64,000 bases of DNA from a virus (IMGVR_UViG_3300023170_000023:60-64059); one strand, 5' to 3'; shown: positions 39,643 to 50,486, counted from the stretch's first letter. A program made the numbers and translations. The notes: generated by a model not told the origin, from the sequence alone.

Positions 39643-40626
39643 CTATGCAAAATTAGTATTTATCCAATCCGAATCGGAGGTAAACCTACTAACAAAGGGT
39701 TTTAAACCTTTGGTTTCATCTGCTAACCATACAATTTTACCGTCACTTGATCTTGGTCCAACATCGCGTGACCAATCTGCCCAGTGTCCGTAATGTGCTC
39801 CTCTCCCGGCGTTTCTTTGAACTGCTTTTTCGTTATCATACATGTTTCGAACAGCAATCCATTCTCTTCCTAGTGCAGGGTCAGTACCGTATATAGTGCT
39901 TTCAGTTTCGTTGAATCTACGAGGGACTGCGATACGAGACATATAGGGTTCTAAAGACTCTTCTCTATTAATAATAATAGATTTAAAAACGCTAACGATA
40001 GAATCTTTATTTCCAGTATTATGATCTACAATCTTATGAACAAACGCAGGATGGTTCGCTTGAAGATATTGATCATAATAGAAAAATTGCCCTGCAATTT
40101 TAACGCCGGGAAAATGATACTGCATGAGGTCTCTTTCAATCAATCGTAAAAACAAAGAGTGTTTCTTTCCTCTATGAGTAGGATGAACATGAAAACCGTC
40201 ATCACGCGACCACCACTGTCCATAACAATCTTGGGGAAGATTATATACGTCTGTCATTCCTGTACTCAGTCTTTGCCAGTAAGGATAAACTACTGCAACA
40301 TCTTCTCCGGAAGAACGTTCACGATAAATTCTAGCAATACGATGAACATGTTTTGTCGCTCGTCCTAATACCGGATCCCCAAGACCTGAATGTTTATTTT
40401 CATAGTAAGCGTGATCTACAGACTCGAATTTAAACAAATCCCAATGTAACCACAAAAACAGTTCGGTGTTACCTACTAGTGCTTGTCCTTCGACCATCGG
40501 ACTTTGTTTTACGCCAGCGGCATAAAGGTCTAGTTCTGTATCTCGACAAGCATCTATAAAAGCTTCATCACCTTGACGAGCAAACCTCCATTGGTAAAGA
40601 GGTCCAGCGTCATATAACTGTGGCAT
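39643..40626 (-). CDS. Hypothetical protein with GNAT-like acyl-CoA-binding motif (paralog 1)
   Basis: FHVHPTHRGKKH; shares YQWRFARQ, TExF, WIAxR and DGK...LKP...WI with its neighbour. Confidence 0.6.
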   Translation of the reverse strand: MPQLYDAGPLYQWRFARQGDEAFIDACRDTELDLYAAGVKQSPMVEGQALVGNTELFLWLHWDLFKFESVDHAYYENKHSGLGDPVLGRATKHVHRIARIYRERSSGEDVAVVYPYWQRLSTGMTDVYNLPQDCYGQWWSRDDGFHVHPTHRGKKHSLFLRLIERDLMQYHFPGVKIAGQFFYYDQYLQANHPAFVHKIVDHNTGNKDSIVSVFKSIIINREESLEPYMSRIAVPRRFNETESTIYGTDPALGREWIAVRNMYDNEKAVQRNAGRGAHYGHWADWSRDVGPRSSDGKIVWLADETKGLKPFVSRFTSDSDWINTNFA

Positions 40627-40862
40627 TAGTTTTTCTCCAGTAATTGTTGTAACATGCCTTTGATATCAGACATATCGTTTTCTAAATTGCTAATACGATT
40701 AACAAGATCTTGTTTCTCTTGCTGTTCTTTTAATTTCAGATCACGAGTTTTACGATACGCTTCAAACTCGTCCACGTTCGTATTTATCAAAGCACCGCTA
40801 GTTTTGTCTCTTACTAAATGCGGATGGTCTATCACTTGTTGATATCTGCTAGGATCAAGCAT
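40626..40862 (-). CDS. Small coiled-coil hypothetical protein (78 aa)
   Basis: HPHLVRDKTSGALINT followed by a heptad-rich C-terminus; translationally coupled to both neighbours. Confidence 0.7.
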   Translation of the reverse strand: MLDPSRYQQVIDHPHLVRDKTSGALINTNVDEFEAYRKTRDLKLKEQQEKQDLVNRISNLENDMSDIKGMLQQLLEKN

Positions 40863-43800
40863 TACAAGAAGGTTCCTACATTGATTCCTGTGATCTGAGG
40901 TACTTTCGCTAAGTTAGTAGATTTCATTACCGCTTTAATTTGTGACATACTAAATTTAGGAAGTCCTGTAACTTCAAATTCAATCGGATGAGTTATTTGA
41001 GGATTCTCTTCTTTTATTATGTCTTTCTTTATGTTAACGGTTGCTCCACTAGGAAGACCAGCAGCACCGGGTTCAACCTTAATCCAATTCTGATCTAAGA
41101 TGTTTTGTCCCGTCATTACTGCACGATAATAGAAATCTAAGTTTGCTACATTAGGAACATTAGCATCGATTTTCGCTTCTAAAATTGTAGAAGGTTCTAC
41201 GGTTTCTAGTGGTGCGGTTTGATGCTGAGAAGTAGCAGAAGAACCATAAGGTTCGGTTTCTACAACTTCATCGATATAATACCCATTGTCTATACAATTC
41301 TGAATCAAAGTCATTGAACATCTTTGGAGATCAATAACCGGAGAAACGTAATTGTTTGCAGACTTAAGGTCCACTTTAACGTCTAGTGAAAACCCACTGT
41401 TCCCTGAGATACTCGGTTCAGAAATTTCTACGCTTCTATCAGCGATAAGTTTGGGGAAATCAAATTCAACATTAGTGCCGGGAACGATTCGAGAATAATT
41501 TTGATCTTTCACAAACTTAGTTTCAGATCCACCAAGGGATTTGCCTGAAGTGAATCGTGCAGACACGTCAATAGAACACTTATTAGGTACAATTGAATCA
41601 ATGTTTGCCATCGCGGTGGTGAACTGCCTGTTCCTGCTAGAAAGAACATTACTTCCTCCTACGTTGCCTGTAGTAGTAGGAGCAGAACCCAAAGTAAACG
41701 TAAAGTGTTTAGCATCGACATCTACAACGGTATGAGTAGCGTTAAGGTTTGCCTCTGTTATACCGTTACCAAAACTTCCTGCTTCAACACCAGAAATAGT
41801 TACGCTTTCTCCCGCACTTAATCCATGACAGTCGTGTTTAACTTTAACCGTAGTAGTGCCATTAAGAACGATAGGATCTTTTTGTAACAAGTTGTAAGGT
41901 AGGGTCACGTTGCGTAATACCAAACTTGCGTTGGTTTCAAAAACTGCACGATACAAAGTGAATGCCAGATCTAGTTCTTTAGATGCTTTAGCACTTCCTG
42001 AGTGCGGCAAGAACAGTTGTCCGTTTGCTGCCTGAGAAGAAACTACAACATCAGTAGAGTTTAATTTGAATTCACCAGTCTTAGCAATAAAGATTCTGTA
42101 GTTTGAAGACTGTGTCTTGACTACTAACGCGTACTCTTTACCGGGATCTAAGAAAACAGGTTCTTCGAAGGTAAACGTTGTTGATTCTAATCCACTTGCA
42201 TTTTCGTTTACAGAACCGGGTTCCAGAGTAACCGTAGATCCGGGTACTACTGAGTTTCCGGGTTTTCCGTTTACCATATTTCGGATTTCAACCGTAACCG
42301 GAATAGAAGTGTCTTTCGTTTCAAAGAATAAATCTACTTTAGTCAATACAACACCAAACTGATTGTCTACCGTGAAACTTTGTGCAAAAGGATACGACAC
42401 ATCATCATCCGGAGAAGATGATGTTCCCGCGTATGACATCTGGTTGACATCTACGTAATCTGAAATGACACTAGAAAGATCTATACCAGAAAGATTAATG
42501 TTTCCGGGGAAGTCGCCACCCCAACCACCAGAGATTGCTGGTTGAATTAATGCAACATCACCAACACCAATACCGTTAAGATAATCTTTCATCTCTGAAG
42601 CATTGTAAGGACGTTTGATTTTACTTTCAACTAACCTTGCTTTTTTAGGCATGCGTGGAGAAGTGATACCATCTTTTCTGTTTTCTACCATCCCAGAAGT
42701 ATCATATATCGCAACGGCATAACTACCCGCTTGATTAATATCCGGAGTACTTACGTCCATAAGTTTAAATTCTTTCTTACCGCATTTAAATCTAAGAGAC
42801 GTGTCATTTTGCGCAACTAAGGTTCTTGGAATACCATTAGCACGAAGAGGAACCGTTGATGTGCCTCTAACATTAGGAATGAAGAATGAACCTTCGATTT
42901 TCCCTGATGCTGATGAGGTCAAAGTAGCAGAACCGTCTGGATGTCCAGAAGTGCTGCTTTGCCCTTGGTTACCAATATCATTTGAGTTAGATGCATAACG
43001 AGAAAACGCTTCGTCATTACACCAGTTAGAAACGTCTACACCGTCAAAGAACGGAACAAATCGAGTGTTTGGTTTCAACCCTGTGGCACGGAAATAAATT
43101 TTACGTGATCGAATCCAAGGAACAATAGCAGCATCAACGGTTCTACCTGCAGAATTCACTGTTCTAATAGTCTCGTTTGAGATAACACGATTTACGTGCC
43201 CACCACTAGAAACTGCTCTTCGAGGATGTCGCTGAGAAACGTTTCTTGGTTTTTTAACAACTCCTGCACGACCATATCGAGTCAATTCATTAGGATTAAC
43301 TTCGAAATCTTCTATTCTACGTCCGTGCCAATTCCATTGGTGAGAGTTATAAAGAAGTGCTTCTTTAACTTCTATTCTTCCTCCTCCCGGTGTAGTTCTG
43401 GTACCCGTTTGCTCAGATTTCCATTCATCTGACGAAGGAGAAAGTTCCAAATCTCCGACATAATCGGTTTTAGAGTTTGCGTTAATTGAAACTGACTGAG
43501 TGAACAAAGGTTGATCGATCCACTGTGTTTCCGTATGATCAATATAAATGTTATCCCCTTTTAAAAGCACGTTTTTAGAACTGTGCTTATAAGTTGGCAA
43601 TCCTGCATCGGTGACTCCGTCATCTGGACGATAAATCAAACGATAGTTATCATCAGAAACACATGCGCGAAGCAATTTGTTTTCCGGGTCTAAAGAAGCG
43701 CAATAGTCATCATGGTTTACAAAAGAACCAGAATGATCTGTAAAATCATCTACTTGTCTTCCTGTTTCTGGAACTGGAGTACCAGTATTATCGGTTCTTT

Positions 43801-46195
43801 GTGCTGCCATTTTTGCTTCTAATTCAGCAAGAGACAACGTGTATGATTCCTCTAAAGCATCTAACTTTCTTTCTAACTTGGCAATGTCTGCCATAGTATA
43901 TCGTTTGTGTTCGATAAAAGTCGTGTTAATATCTTCAGGACTGACTGTGTTAGGATTCATCACAATCTTATACAACTCTAAAGCATTATCAGGGGTCTTC
44001 TTAAACTGAGGATCCCTCGACTGTTGTCCTAACAATATTTGAAATTGACCATCTTCGGTAGCAATTAATTTGTCTGCGCGTGAAAGATAGTAACTAGCAG
44101 TAACCTGAATTGAACTTCCTTGAACAGGATGAACTGCTTCTATACGATTAGATCCCGTTTTAAGTCCACGAAAATCCACATAGTCTCTAAGACTTACAAT
44201 CGTACCATCAGATTGAACATGATCGGGTATTTCTGTATAATCCACATTCCCGTAAGATCCTGCATCAAAGAACAATCCAGTTCCTGCACCACCGACTTCA
44301 ACGTTACCCCAACTCCAATACTTGTAGGTAACATCAATTGCTCCTGTATAAGCGCCTGCGTCTTTTAGTTTAAGAGAAGCAATTTCATAATGCGTATCTC
44401 TTTGCCCATTGTCCAACGTAAACTCTCTTGTGATATCAGCAGTCCCTTTAAGGATGCTGGTCACTTCAAGAACATCTGGGTCCTGAAGTTCTGCTACGCC
44501 ACCAACGATTGTTGCCGTATAGGTTTTCGTAGACAAAGTCTTTGTTTTTCTTTGTGCGTTGTTTCTTTCTACTACTGCTACAACATAGTGGTCGCCTGCT
44601 CCAAGACCAGAAATACTAAAGTTATCCGGAGTTGCACCTATAGTAATAACAGCATTGGTGACTATAGCATTAGTGGTTTTACTAACTACCAACCATTGCG
44701 CCTTGTCTCTGTATTCTTCATCTGGAGAAGAGATATCACCAGAAATACTACCACCGTTTTGAACGGTGTATTGCTTCCAATATCTAAACTGATAATTAGA
44801 AATCAAACGTGGTCTAACACGAGGGAGAGCATACAATCCAGTCTGGTTATTTGATTCTTTCAATTCTCCTGCCGTGGTCAAATCGAAGTAATCAGAAGTA
44901 CTTGTTCCTATAGATGCAACTGAACTGAAATCAGAGTTTACATCGACCATTTCAATATTATCTAAATGAACCCTATAAACACCAGAAGACTCATATGTTA
45001 AACCCTTGATATATGCAGTCCCTATAGGTCCCCCGGTGCCTCCGGTTGAAGTATAAAGGTTAACTCGATCCGATCCACTTGCATCTGCATAGCGACTTAA
45101 GTCTGCACTGGAAGCATCAACATAAACATAAGTACCATAGTCAACCGGAATATAGTCTGCTTCCAGTTCTTCGTATTGTTGTGGACGAGGTAATTTTAAC
45201 TTAAGAGGATTTTCGTTTTCGACACGGTAACCGCGAACATATGCAAGTCCGGGACTAATAACAGCAAAAATATCTGAGTCGGTGCTATCGTCATCTTCGA
45301 AAGTTAACTGAAATGGTTCTGCAAGGTAGTTCCCCGATTCTTCGTAAGTCCTTCTTGCCATCATGTCGTTAATTGTGTTATACTCATCCAACTCATTAAT
45401 TTGTTCTACGATGGTAGAGTTAATAATACGACACAAGAAAATAAACGAATCTGTTCCCGTTGCATTTGCTTTATCTGTTAACACCAAACGAATTCTATAA
45501 CGATCTGCACCGGGTGCGGCAACGTTTGGAGTTTCACCACTGTTATCATATAGATCTGTGGTATCATTTACCGTGATAACATCTTGTGTAACAACAAAAC
45601 CTACGGTTCCATTAAAAACTCTAGAAGTTGGAGAAACAATCAAAGATTGCTTAGGAGCATAAACAAATCTCCCTGCCGCAAAGAAATCACCAGAATCTAC
45701 AATTACGCGAACACCAGCACCTATGTCAGTGCTGTTAGAACCTACTGTGTAAACACCAGAGTTAATTCCTTCACCCAACGTGAAACGAGTTTCTGTTGCT
45801 CCCGGTGCTGCTCCCCCAGTTCCTGTGTATCGAATATAAAGACGTGCATCGTTAGATGCAATTTCAACCGTTTCTAATACAACGGCAGAAACACCACTGG
45901 TATCACCAACCAAATTGGTACCAACCGCGATAGTTTCTGCACCAGTTCCCGTAACACGAACATATTTGTAATTATTGTCAACTTCAATAAGTCCCGCTCG
46001 AACCGCAGAACCTTCTTTGAAAATATTTCTTCCGAAACGAGTTATCTCTTGTTGAATAATTGTTTGTAACTGAGTCAACTCTCTTGCTTGAAGAGAACGC
46101 CCAGAGTTAAACAATATTTTGTGATAACCTTCTGCTTCGTCCCAATCGTCTCTATAAATCGATGATTCGGTTGTGCTGTTATAAGTGTTAGGCAT
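40862..46195 (-). CDS. Large baseplate-associated structural protein, DUF4815-type (1777 aa)
   Basis: YRDDWDEAEGYHKILFNSGRSLQARELTQLQT, ARRTYEESGNY, KRYTMADIAKLERK, PFAQSFTV...LTKVDLFFETKD; follows gp8. Confidence 0.8.
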   Translation of the reverse strand: MPNTYNSTTESSIYRDDWDEAEGYHKILFNSGRSLQARELTQLQTIIQQEITRFGRNIFKEGSAVRAGLIEVDNNYKYVRVTGTGAETIAVGTNLVGDTSGVSAVVLETVEIASNDARLYIRYTGTGGAAPGATETRFTLGEGINSGVYTVGSNSTDIGAGVRVIVDSGDFFAAGRFVYAPKQSLIVSPTSRVFNGTVGFVVTQDVITVNDTTDLYDNSGETPNVAAPGADRYRIRLVLTDKANATGTDSFIFLCRIINSTIVEQINELDEYNTINDMMARRTYEESGNYLAEPFQLTFEDDDSTDSDIFAVISPGLAYVRGYRVENENPLKLKLPRPQQYEELEADYIPVDYGTYVYVDASSADLSRYADASGSDRVNLYTSTGGTGGPIGTAYIKGLTYESSGVYRVHLDNIEMVDVNSDFSSVASIGTSTSDYFDLTTAGELKESNNQTGLYALPRVRPRLISNYQFRYWKQYTVQNGGSISGDISSPDEEYRDKAQWLVVSKTTNAIVTNAVITIGATPDNFSISGLGAGDHYVVAVVERNNAQRKTKTLSTKTYTATIVGGVAELQDPDVLEVTSILKGTADITREFTLDNGQRDTHYEIASLKLKDAGAYTGAIDVTYKYWSWGNVEVGGAGTGLFFDAGSYGNVDYTEIPDHVQSDGTIVSLRDYVDFRGLKTGSNRIEAVHPVQGSSIQVTASYYLSRADKLIATEDGQFQILLGQQSRDPQFKKTPDNALELYKIVMNPNTVSPEDINTTFIEHKRYTMADIAKLERKLDALEESYTLSLAELEAKMAAQRTDNTGTPVPETGRQVDDFTDHSGSFVNHDDYCASLDPENKLLRACVSDDNYRLIYRPDDGVTDAGLPTYKHSSKNVLLKGDNIYIDHTETQWIDQPLFTQSVSINANSKTDYVGDLELSPSSDEWKSEQTGTRTTPGGGRIEVKEALLYNSHQWNWHGRRIEDFEVNPNELTRYGRAGVVKKPRNVSQRHPRRAVSSGGHVNRVISNETIRTVNSAGRTVDAAIVPWIRSRKIYFRATGLKPNTRFVPFFDGVDVSNWCNDEAFSRYASNSNDIGNQGQSSTSGHPDGSATLTSSASGKIEGSFFIPNVRGTSTVPLRANGIPRTLVAQNDTSLRFKCGKKEFKLMDVSTPDINQAGSYAVAIYDTSGMVENRKDGITSPRMPKKARLVESKIKRPYNASEMKDYLNGIGVGDVALIQPAISGGWGGDFPGNINLSGIDLSSVISDYVDVNQMSYAGTSSSPDDDVSYPFAQSFTVDNQFGVVLTKVDLFFETKDTSIPVTVEIRNMVNGKPGNSVVPGSTVTLEPGSVNENASGLESTTFTFEEPVFLDPGKEYALVVKTQSSNYRIFIAKTGEFKLNSTDVVVSSQAANGQLFLPHSGSAKASKELDLAFTLYRAVFETNASLVLRNVTLPYNLLQKDPIVLNGTTTVKVKHDCHGLSAGESVTISGVEAGSFGNGITEANLNATHTVVDVDAKHFTFTLGSAPTTTGNVGGSNVLSSRNRQFTTAMANIDSIVPNKCSIDVSARFTSGKSLGGSETKFVKDQNYSRIVPGTNVEFDFPKLIADRSVEISEPSISGNSGFSLDVKVDLKSANNYVSPVIDLQRCSMTLIQNCIDNGYYIDEVVETEPYGSSATSQHQTAPLETVEPSTILEAKIDANVPNVANLDFYYRAVMTGQNILDQNWIKVEPGAAGLPSGATVNIKKDIIKEENPQITHPIEFEVTGLPKFSMSQIKAVMKSTNLAKVPQITGINVGTFL

Positions 46196-46204
46196 GTGTT
46201 AATC

Positions 46205-47650
46205 CTAGAATGAGATAATTATCTTAATGTCTTCGGTTTGGTTGGGGTCTCTGTCGATTGGTGCGATATTATTTATGTATAGTATCTCACCAGAATATAC
46301 ATCAAGGTCTGGGTCTATCTGATCCGCTTGTACAAACGTACCAAGATCAACTGGACCATTGATAAGAGTAGCATTACCAGCAGTGTCCTGATCGGTAATA
46401 ACTTCTCCTTGACGGAAATTAGCATATCCAGTTTCAGCGGTTTGGTGAATGTATACATCATTACCGTCAATGTGGTCAACAATCGCTTTAGCACCACTAG
46501 TGTCACCAGCAATGATGTTGTCCTCTTGGATATTGGTAACACCCGTAGTCTGTAGAGCACGGTTTGCTTTTCCAGTATTAGCAGTGAAAAGATCAGAACT
46601 ATTATAATTAGTTGGATCTTTAAACAGAAGTATTTGTCTGAAATCGTTGGCAGTAAACAGTGTAGAAAACTCATCGTCTTCAAAATCTGTTGTTACAAGA
46701 AGACTTTCTGCTTTAAGAGTTTTAATAGGGTCTGCTTCAACTCCGTTGTTAGGTCCAAGAACAACCCTTAAGGTTGCGTCTTCAGAAGGAATAGAAGTAT
46801 CTTCAATTACAACAGAAGCAACACTATATCCTGTTCCACGATTAGTAACACGAACGGTTTGAATAACACCACCGACAACGCTCACGATTGCCGTTGCTCC
46901 GGTGCCATCTCCTACCACGGTTGCTGTAGTGTTTGTACCACTATATCCTGCACCGCCATCAATTACTTTAATGTTTAATACCTGACCCGTTGTATCTCCA
47001 GTCAGATTATAACTTGCTTTGTTAACCTGTTGAATTTCATATTGCTCGGTTTCAACGTCTTGATCTAAAGGATCTTGAGTAAAAGACGAGACAGGAATGT
47101 AGTTAAGAGTAAGAAAACGATTGATAGCAACCTGACTTAGAGTAAACAAATATCTCCAAGTATATCCTTTACCGTAACCACCCGTTCCTCTTTGTGAATC
47201 TAGAGTAACGAATTCGTTTTCTAATGGTTGAATAGGATCTGAAAAAACACCAGTTCCGCCGTTAATAAAAGATCTGTCTGGTTCTATATCACTAGGAATA
47301 ACAATACCAGCATCAGTGTACCCTTGTTCTATACACAAAAAGAATTCATATTTACTGTTCATCACGTAAGGAATAGCAGTCTGTGATGAATCATCATACG
47401 GTTGATAAATTGTGTCTGATGACCAGTCCTGTCTAGCAACCGCTGCAGAAACACCCGTGACGATTTTTACGTGTTGAGTAGAACCACGAGATTCTCTGGC
47501 ATATTCAAAACTGGTTTGAGGACTCGCTGGAGTTTCGCCTGCACCCCAAGTTTCTGATCTGCCCAAACCAATGTACAACCCGGAGTTAAAAGTCTCTTTC
47601 GTGTCTTTGATGATCTGTGCAATAAATTCTGTTGTTACTACCGCTGCCAT
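46205..47650 (-). CDS. gp8: Baseplate wedge subunit gp8
   Basis: LYIGLGRSETW, YVMNSKYEFFLC, GYTWRYLFT, NDFRQILL, C-terminal YSGEILYINNIAPIDRDPNQTEDIKIIISF. Confidence 0.88.
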   Translation of the reverse strand: MAAVVTTEFIAQIIKDTKETFNSGLYIGLGRSETWGAGETPASPQTSFEYARESRGSTQHVKIVTGVSAAVARQDWSSDTIYQPYDDSSQTAIPYVMNSKYEFFLCIEQGYTDAGIVIPSDIEPDRSFINGGTGVFSDPIQPLENEFVTLDSQRGTGGYGKGYTWRYLFTLSQVAINRFLTLNYIPVSSFTQDPLDQDVETEQYEIQQVNKASYNLTGDTTGQVLNIKVIDGGAGYSGTNTTATVVGDGTGATAIVSVVGGVIQTVRVTNRGTGYSVASVVIEDTSIPSEDATLRVVLGPNNGVEADPIKTLKAESLLVTTDFEDDEFSTLFTANDFRQILLFKDPTNYNSSDLFTANTGKANRALQTTGVTNIQEDNIIAGDTSGAKAIVDHIDGNDVYIHQTAETGYANFRQGEVITDQDTAGNATLINGPVDLGTFVQADQIDPDLDVYSGEILYINNIAPIDRDPNQTEDIKIIISF

Positions 47651-47670
47651 ATCTTAATCCGTAATAGTCC

Positions 47671-47678
47671 TATTTATA
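47671..47678 (-). promoter_or_regulatory. T4-type late promoter TATAAATA (gp8 operon)
   Basis: Exact motif overlapping the gp6 stop codon. Confidence 0.8.
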
Positions 47679-49449
47679 GTGTAGTTGTCTCAACGGCAGT
47701 CACAGTAATAGCAGCGGTATCCTTCCCAAGTTTGTTCTCTCTTACTGTAGAAACATAACCTTGGTTAGCAGGAACAACCGTTACTTTAATTTCGTTAGAC
47801 GAAACTGCCTGTGGTGCAAAACCTGAAAGTGTAACTTTACCTGTAGCGGTATCGTAATCACCAGCATTATCTACTACAGCATTACCGCTGACAACAGAGA
47901 TAACCTCAAGCACGTTAGTGTTAAGACGATTTCTTAGGATACAGGTTCTGCCGTTATAAATGAATTCGGAAGAAGTTATCGAGTAAGTCGATGGGTTGGG
48001 TGCCTGAATAGTCGAGGGGAACACTAACTCATACGTCTTAGGTACTGAAAGGGTAGGTGTAAATCTTTGTTGTATGCGTATAACCGCTTGACTAGAAAGA
48101 ACGCCCGGATCAGAAGCATCGATAAGAGTTAACATATTTGAACGTCTAAAGGTTTCACTAAACTCATCTGTAACCGTATCTAAGTATGATTCAATAACAC
48201 CTTTTACTACAGACTCAATCTCAGGAACCGTAGCGTATGAAGAAAGAGTTTGGTTGAACTGGAATGTTACTGAAGTCTCAATGTATGTAGTGATTGGTTC
48301 TATAAACACAACATCGAACGAAACAACTGCTAAGTCTTTAACTAAATTTCTAATCTGACCTTTCAACGTTTCGCTAGGAGAAGGAGTGATAGAAAGATAG
48401 ACTGCTCCGTATTGAGCAGGAATATTATCTTCTCCTCCCCAAGCAAGAATGTCTGTAATTTCATTAGAAAAATTTCTTCGTATCAGAGCAGAATAATCTT
48501 CGGCGGTTACCATTCGGTTTTGAGATGCATACAAAAACGGTGCTGCTTTACGAATAGACTCAATACTTTCTTTGTTCGCTCCGCCATATGAGTTAGTAAT
48601 AGTAGTGGGAATAATAGAAGCAGTTGAAGGTGTACCACCAGTGGCAACAGAAGCAGTTGTAGTAAATGTTTTCGCACCATTTGCAGCAGAACCAGCACAA
48701 GAATTATATGTGACAACAATTTTGTCTCCGGTTGCTGGAACTTCACCGAGGTTAGCACCATTACCGAAAGCAAGTTCATAATATCCGTTTGGCGTTTCTT
48801 TCAAAACATAAATTCGAGAGTTCTGATCTAAAGAAGAAACTGTGTTCACGTTATTAAACGTTTTGTTAGTAGGTCCAACCGTAACTTCTACCGTATTGAT
48901 GTCCATGTCTTCGTTTGGAATAACATATGCTTCAGTTTCAGCATCATTACCAGCAACGAATGTTTTTTGTTTTTCAGTACCTTCCGTTATCTCAACGTTT
49001 TCCCACGTATATGAATATGGGTCAGATCCTTCCTTCGATGCGAAATAGTCTTTGAGAGTTCGGAAAGTGTAAGTAGTTTCTTCTACAGTTGTCGTGAACT
49101 GAGTTCCAGCAGGCAACACAAGAGTAGGACCAGAAGTCGCAGAACCCGCAGCAACAACATTGATCACTGCTTTAGATGATACTTTTGAATTTGGAATATA
49201 TCCAATTGCAGTTGCCAGACCAATAACTGACGATCTCAATTGAGCGGTGCTGAGGAATGCTTCGTTAAGAGCAAAGTTTGCAGTCAGTCCATTATAGTGT
49301 GTGTTATATGCAAGAACGTCAAGAAGATTAGAAAGACCTGACGCTTCAAAATTATAGTCAGCAAATTCTGGTTTCTGTTCAAACCATGTTTTAAGATTAT
49401 TTCTTATCGAGTTAAAATCTAAACCCGTGCTGCTAATAGTTGTTGCCAT
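47674..49449 (-). CDS. gp6: Baseplate wedge subunit gp6
   Basis: LDFNSIRNNL, DYNFEASGLSNLLDVLAYNTHY, NEAFLSTAQLRSSV, ESIESIR...QNRMVTAEDY, AWGGED. Confidence 0.93.
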   Translation of the reverse strand: MATTISSTGLDFNSIRNNLKTWFEQKPEFADYNFEASGLSNLLDVLAYNTHYNGLTANFALNEAFLSTAQLRSSVIGLATAIGYIPNSKVSSKAVINVVAAGSATSGPTLVLPAGTQFTTTVEETTYTFRTLKDYFASKEGSDPYSYTWENVEITEGTEKQKTFVAGNDAETEAYVIPNEDMDINTVEVTVGPTNKTFNNVNTVSSLDQNSRIYVLKETPNGYYELAFGNGANLGEVPATGDKIVVTYNSCAGSAANGAKTFTTTASVATGGTPSTASIIPTTITNSYGGANKESIESIRKAAPFLYASQNRMVTAEDYSALIRRNFSNEITDILAWGGEDNIPAQYGAVYLSITPSPSETLKGQIRNLVKDLAVVSFDVVFIEPITTYIETSVTFQFNQTLSSYATVPEIESVVKGVIESYLDTVTDEFSETFRRSNMLTLIDASDPGVLSSQAVIRIQQRFTPTLSVPKTYELVFPSTIQAPNPSTYSITSSEFIYNGRTCILRNRLNTNVLEVISVVSGNAVVDNAGDYDTATGKVTLSGFAPQAVSSNEIKVTVVPANQGYVSTVRENKLGKDTAAITVTAVETTTL

Positions 49450-49893
49450 TTATCTTAACCTCGAAACTGTGGTTTCTAATACGACATTTTCATCTGTACT
49501 TAAAATACCAAATTCAACTCTGATTCGACATGCGTTTCTATCCAAATCGAATCTTACGTCTAAATTTTTGATAGAAGCACGAGGTTCGTATCTTGCGATG
49601 GTCCCGTATATTTGCTCTCGCACTTCATCTTCTGTATCCAGATCCGCAAGATTGAATAATTGTCCTCTTAAGTCTGCGCCAAAATCTGGACGAAAAGGTT
49701 TTTCGAATCTGTTAGTCTGTAATAAATTTTTAACCGCTTGTTTTACCGCTGCAGCATCTTTTTTCTTAAATATATCTCCAGTAGAAGAGTTCAGACCAAA
49801 GGTAAGATCTATATCAGAATAAACCTTCTGCCTACTCGTTACTAGAGTAGCACCCTGTAAATTACCGTCTTCTGTTGAAAGTATTTTTGCCAT
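49450..49893 (-). CDS. gp25: Baseplate wedge subunit gp25
   Basis: YSDIDLTF, AVKQAVKNLLQTNRFEKPFRPDFG, IARYEPR. Confidence 0.92.
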   Translation of the reverse strand: MAKILSTEDGNLQGATLVTSRQKVYSDIDLTFGLNSSTGDIFKKKDAAAVKQAVKNLLQTNRFEKPFRPDFGADLRGQLFNLADLDTEDEVREQIYGTIARYEPRASIKNLDVRFDLDRNACRIRVEFGILSTDENVVLETTVSRLR

Positions 49894-49898
49894 AGTCT

Positions 49899-49906
49899 TA
49901 TTTATA
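49899..49906 (-). promoter_or_regulatory. T4-type late promoter TATAAATA (gp25-gp6)
   Basis: Exact motif overlapping the upstream stop codon. Confidence 0.75.
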
Positions 49907-50486
49907 ACAGAATCTCAACCAATTCGTTCTTCGATTGGAGTTTTGTGTTAAACGTAGTTTCTACATTTCTTTTAAAAGAGATATCAAAACTTTCGGGTAC
50001 ATTCGGCATTTCAACAACAATCTGACAAGACGGATTTCCTGACGGATCGTAAGTATCATAATCTAAGATTAATTTATCGTAATCACAATAGTCTTTCCAG
50101 AATACAGCAAGATCATACGACTTGGCAAAATCTATTTTTCCATTAGTTCCGTATAACTGATATACAACTGCTCTTCCTGTTTGTTTCAAATCGTTGGTAG
50201 AATTAGAAGTGACTGTTTCTTTTTCCGCAGCAACATAAACTCCTTCCGCAACCGTCAATCTATGTTGATCAAAGTCTGAGTTAGCAGTAGTCTTTTTAAT
50301 CAATTCTGCATGCAAGTAGAGATTACGTGCCAGTTGATCTTTATCGGTTTTTATCCTTTCGAATTGAACCCTGCTTCCTCTCGCTCCTAAAAACTTAACT
50401 ATAGGTACTCCTGCCGCTAACTGTGTGTTAGCGGTAATATCAGAAGCAAAGTTAGGATTATAAACTGGATCTGGTAAATATATCAT
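49902..50486 (-). CDS. Hypothetical protein; resembles a degenerate peptidase M15-like domain
   Basis: TGRAVVYQ and YDKLILDY echo M15A motifs (H..GxAxD, DQLIxE), but the metal ligands are absent. Confidence 0.5.
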   Translation of the reverse strand: MIYLPDPVYNPNFASDITANTQLAAGVPIVKFLGARGSRVQFERIKTDKDQLARNLYLHAELIKKTTANSDFDQHRLTVAEGVYVAAEKETVTSNSTNDLKQTGRAVVYQLYGTNGKIDFAKSYDLAVFWKDYCDYDKLILDYDTYDPSGNPSCQIVVEMPNVPESFDISFKRNVETTFNTKLQSKNELVEILL

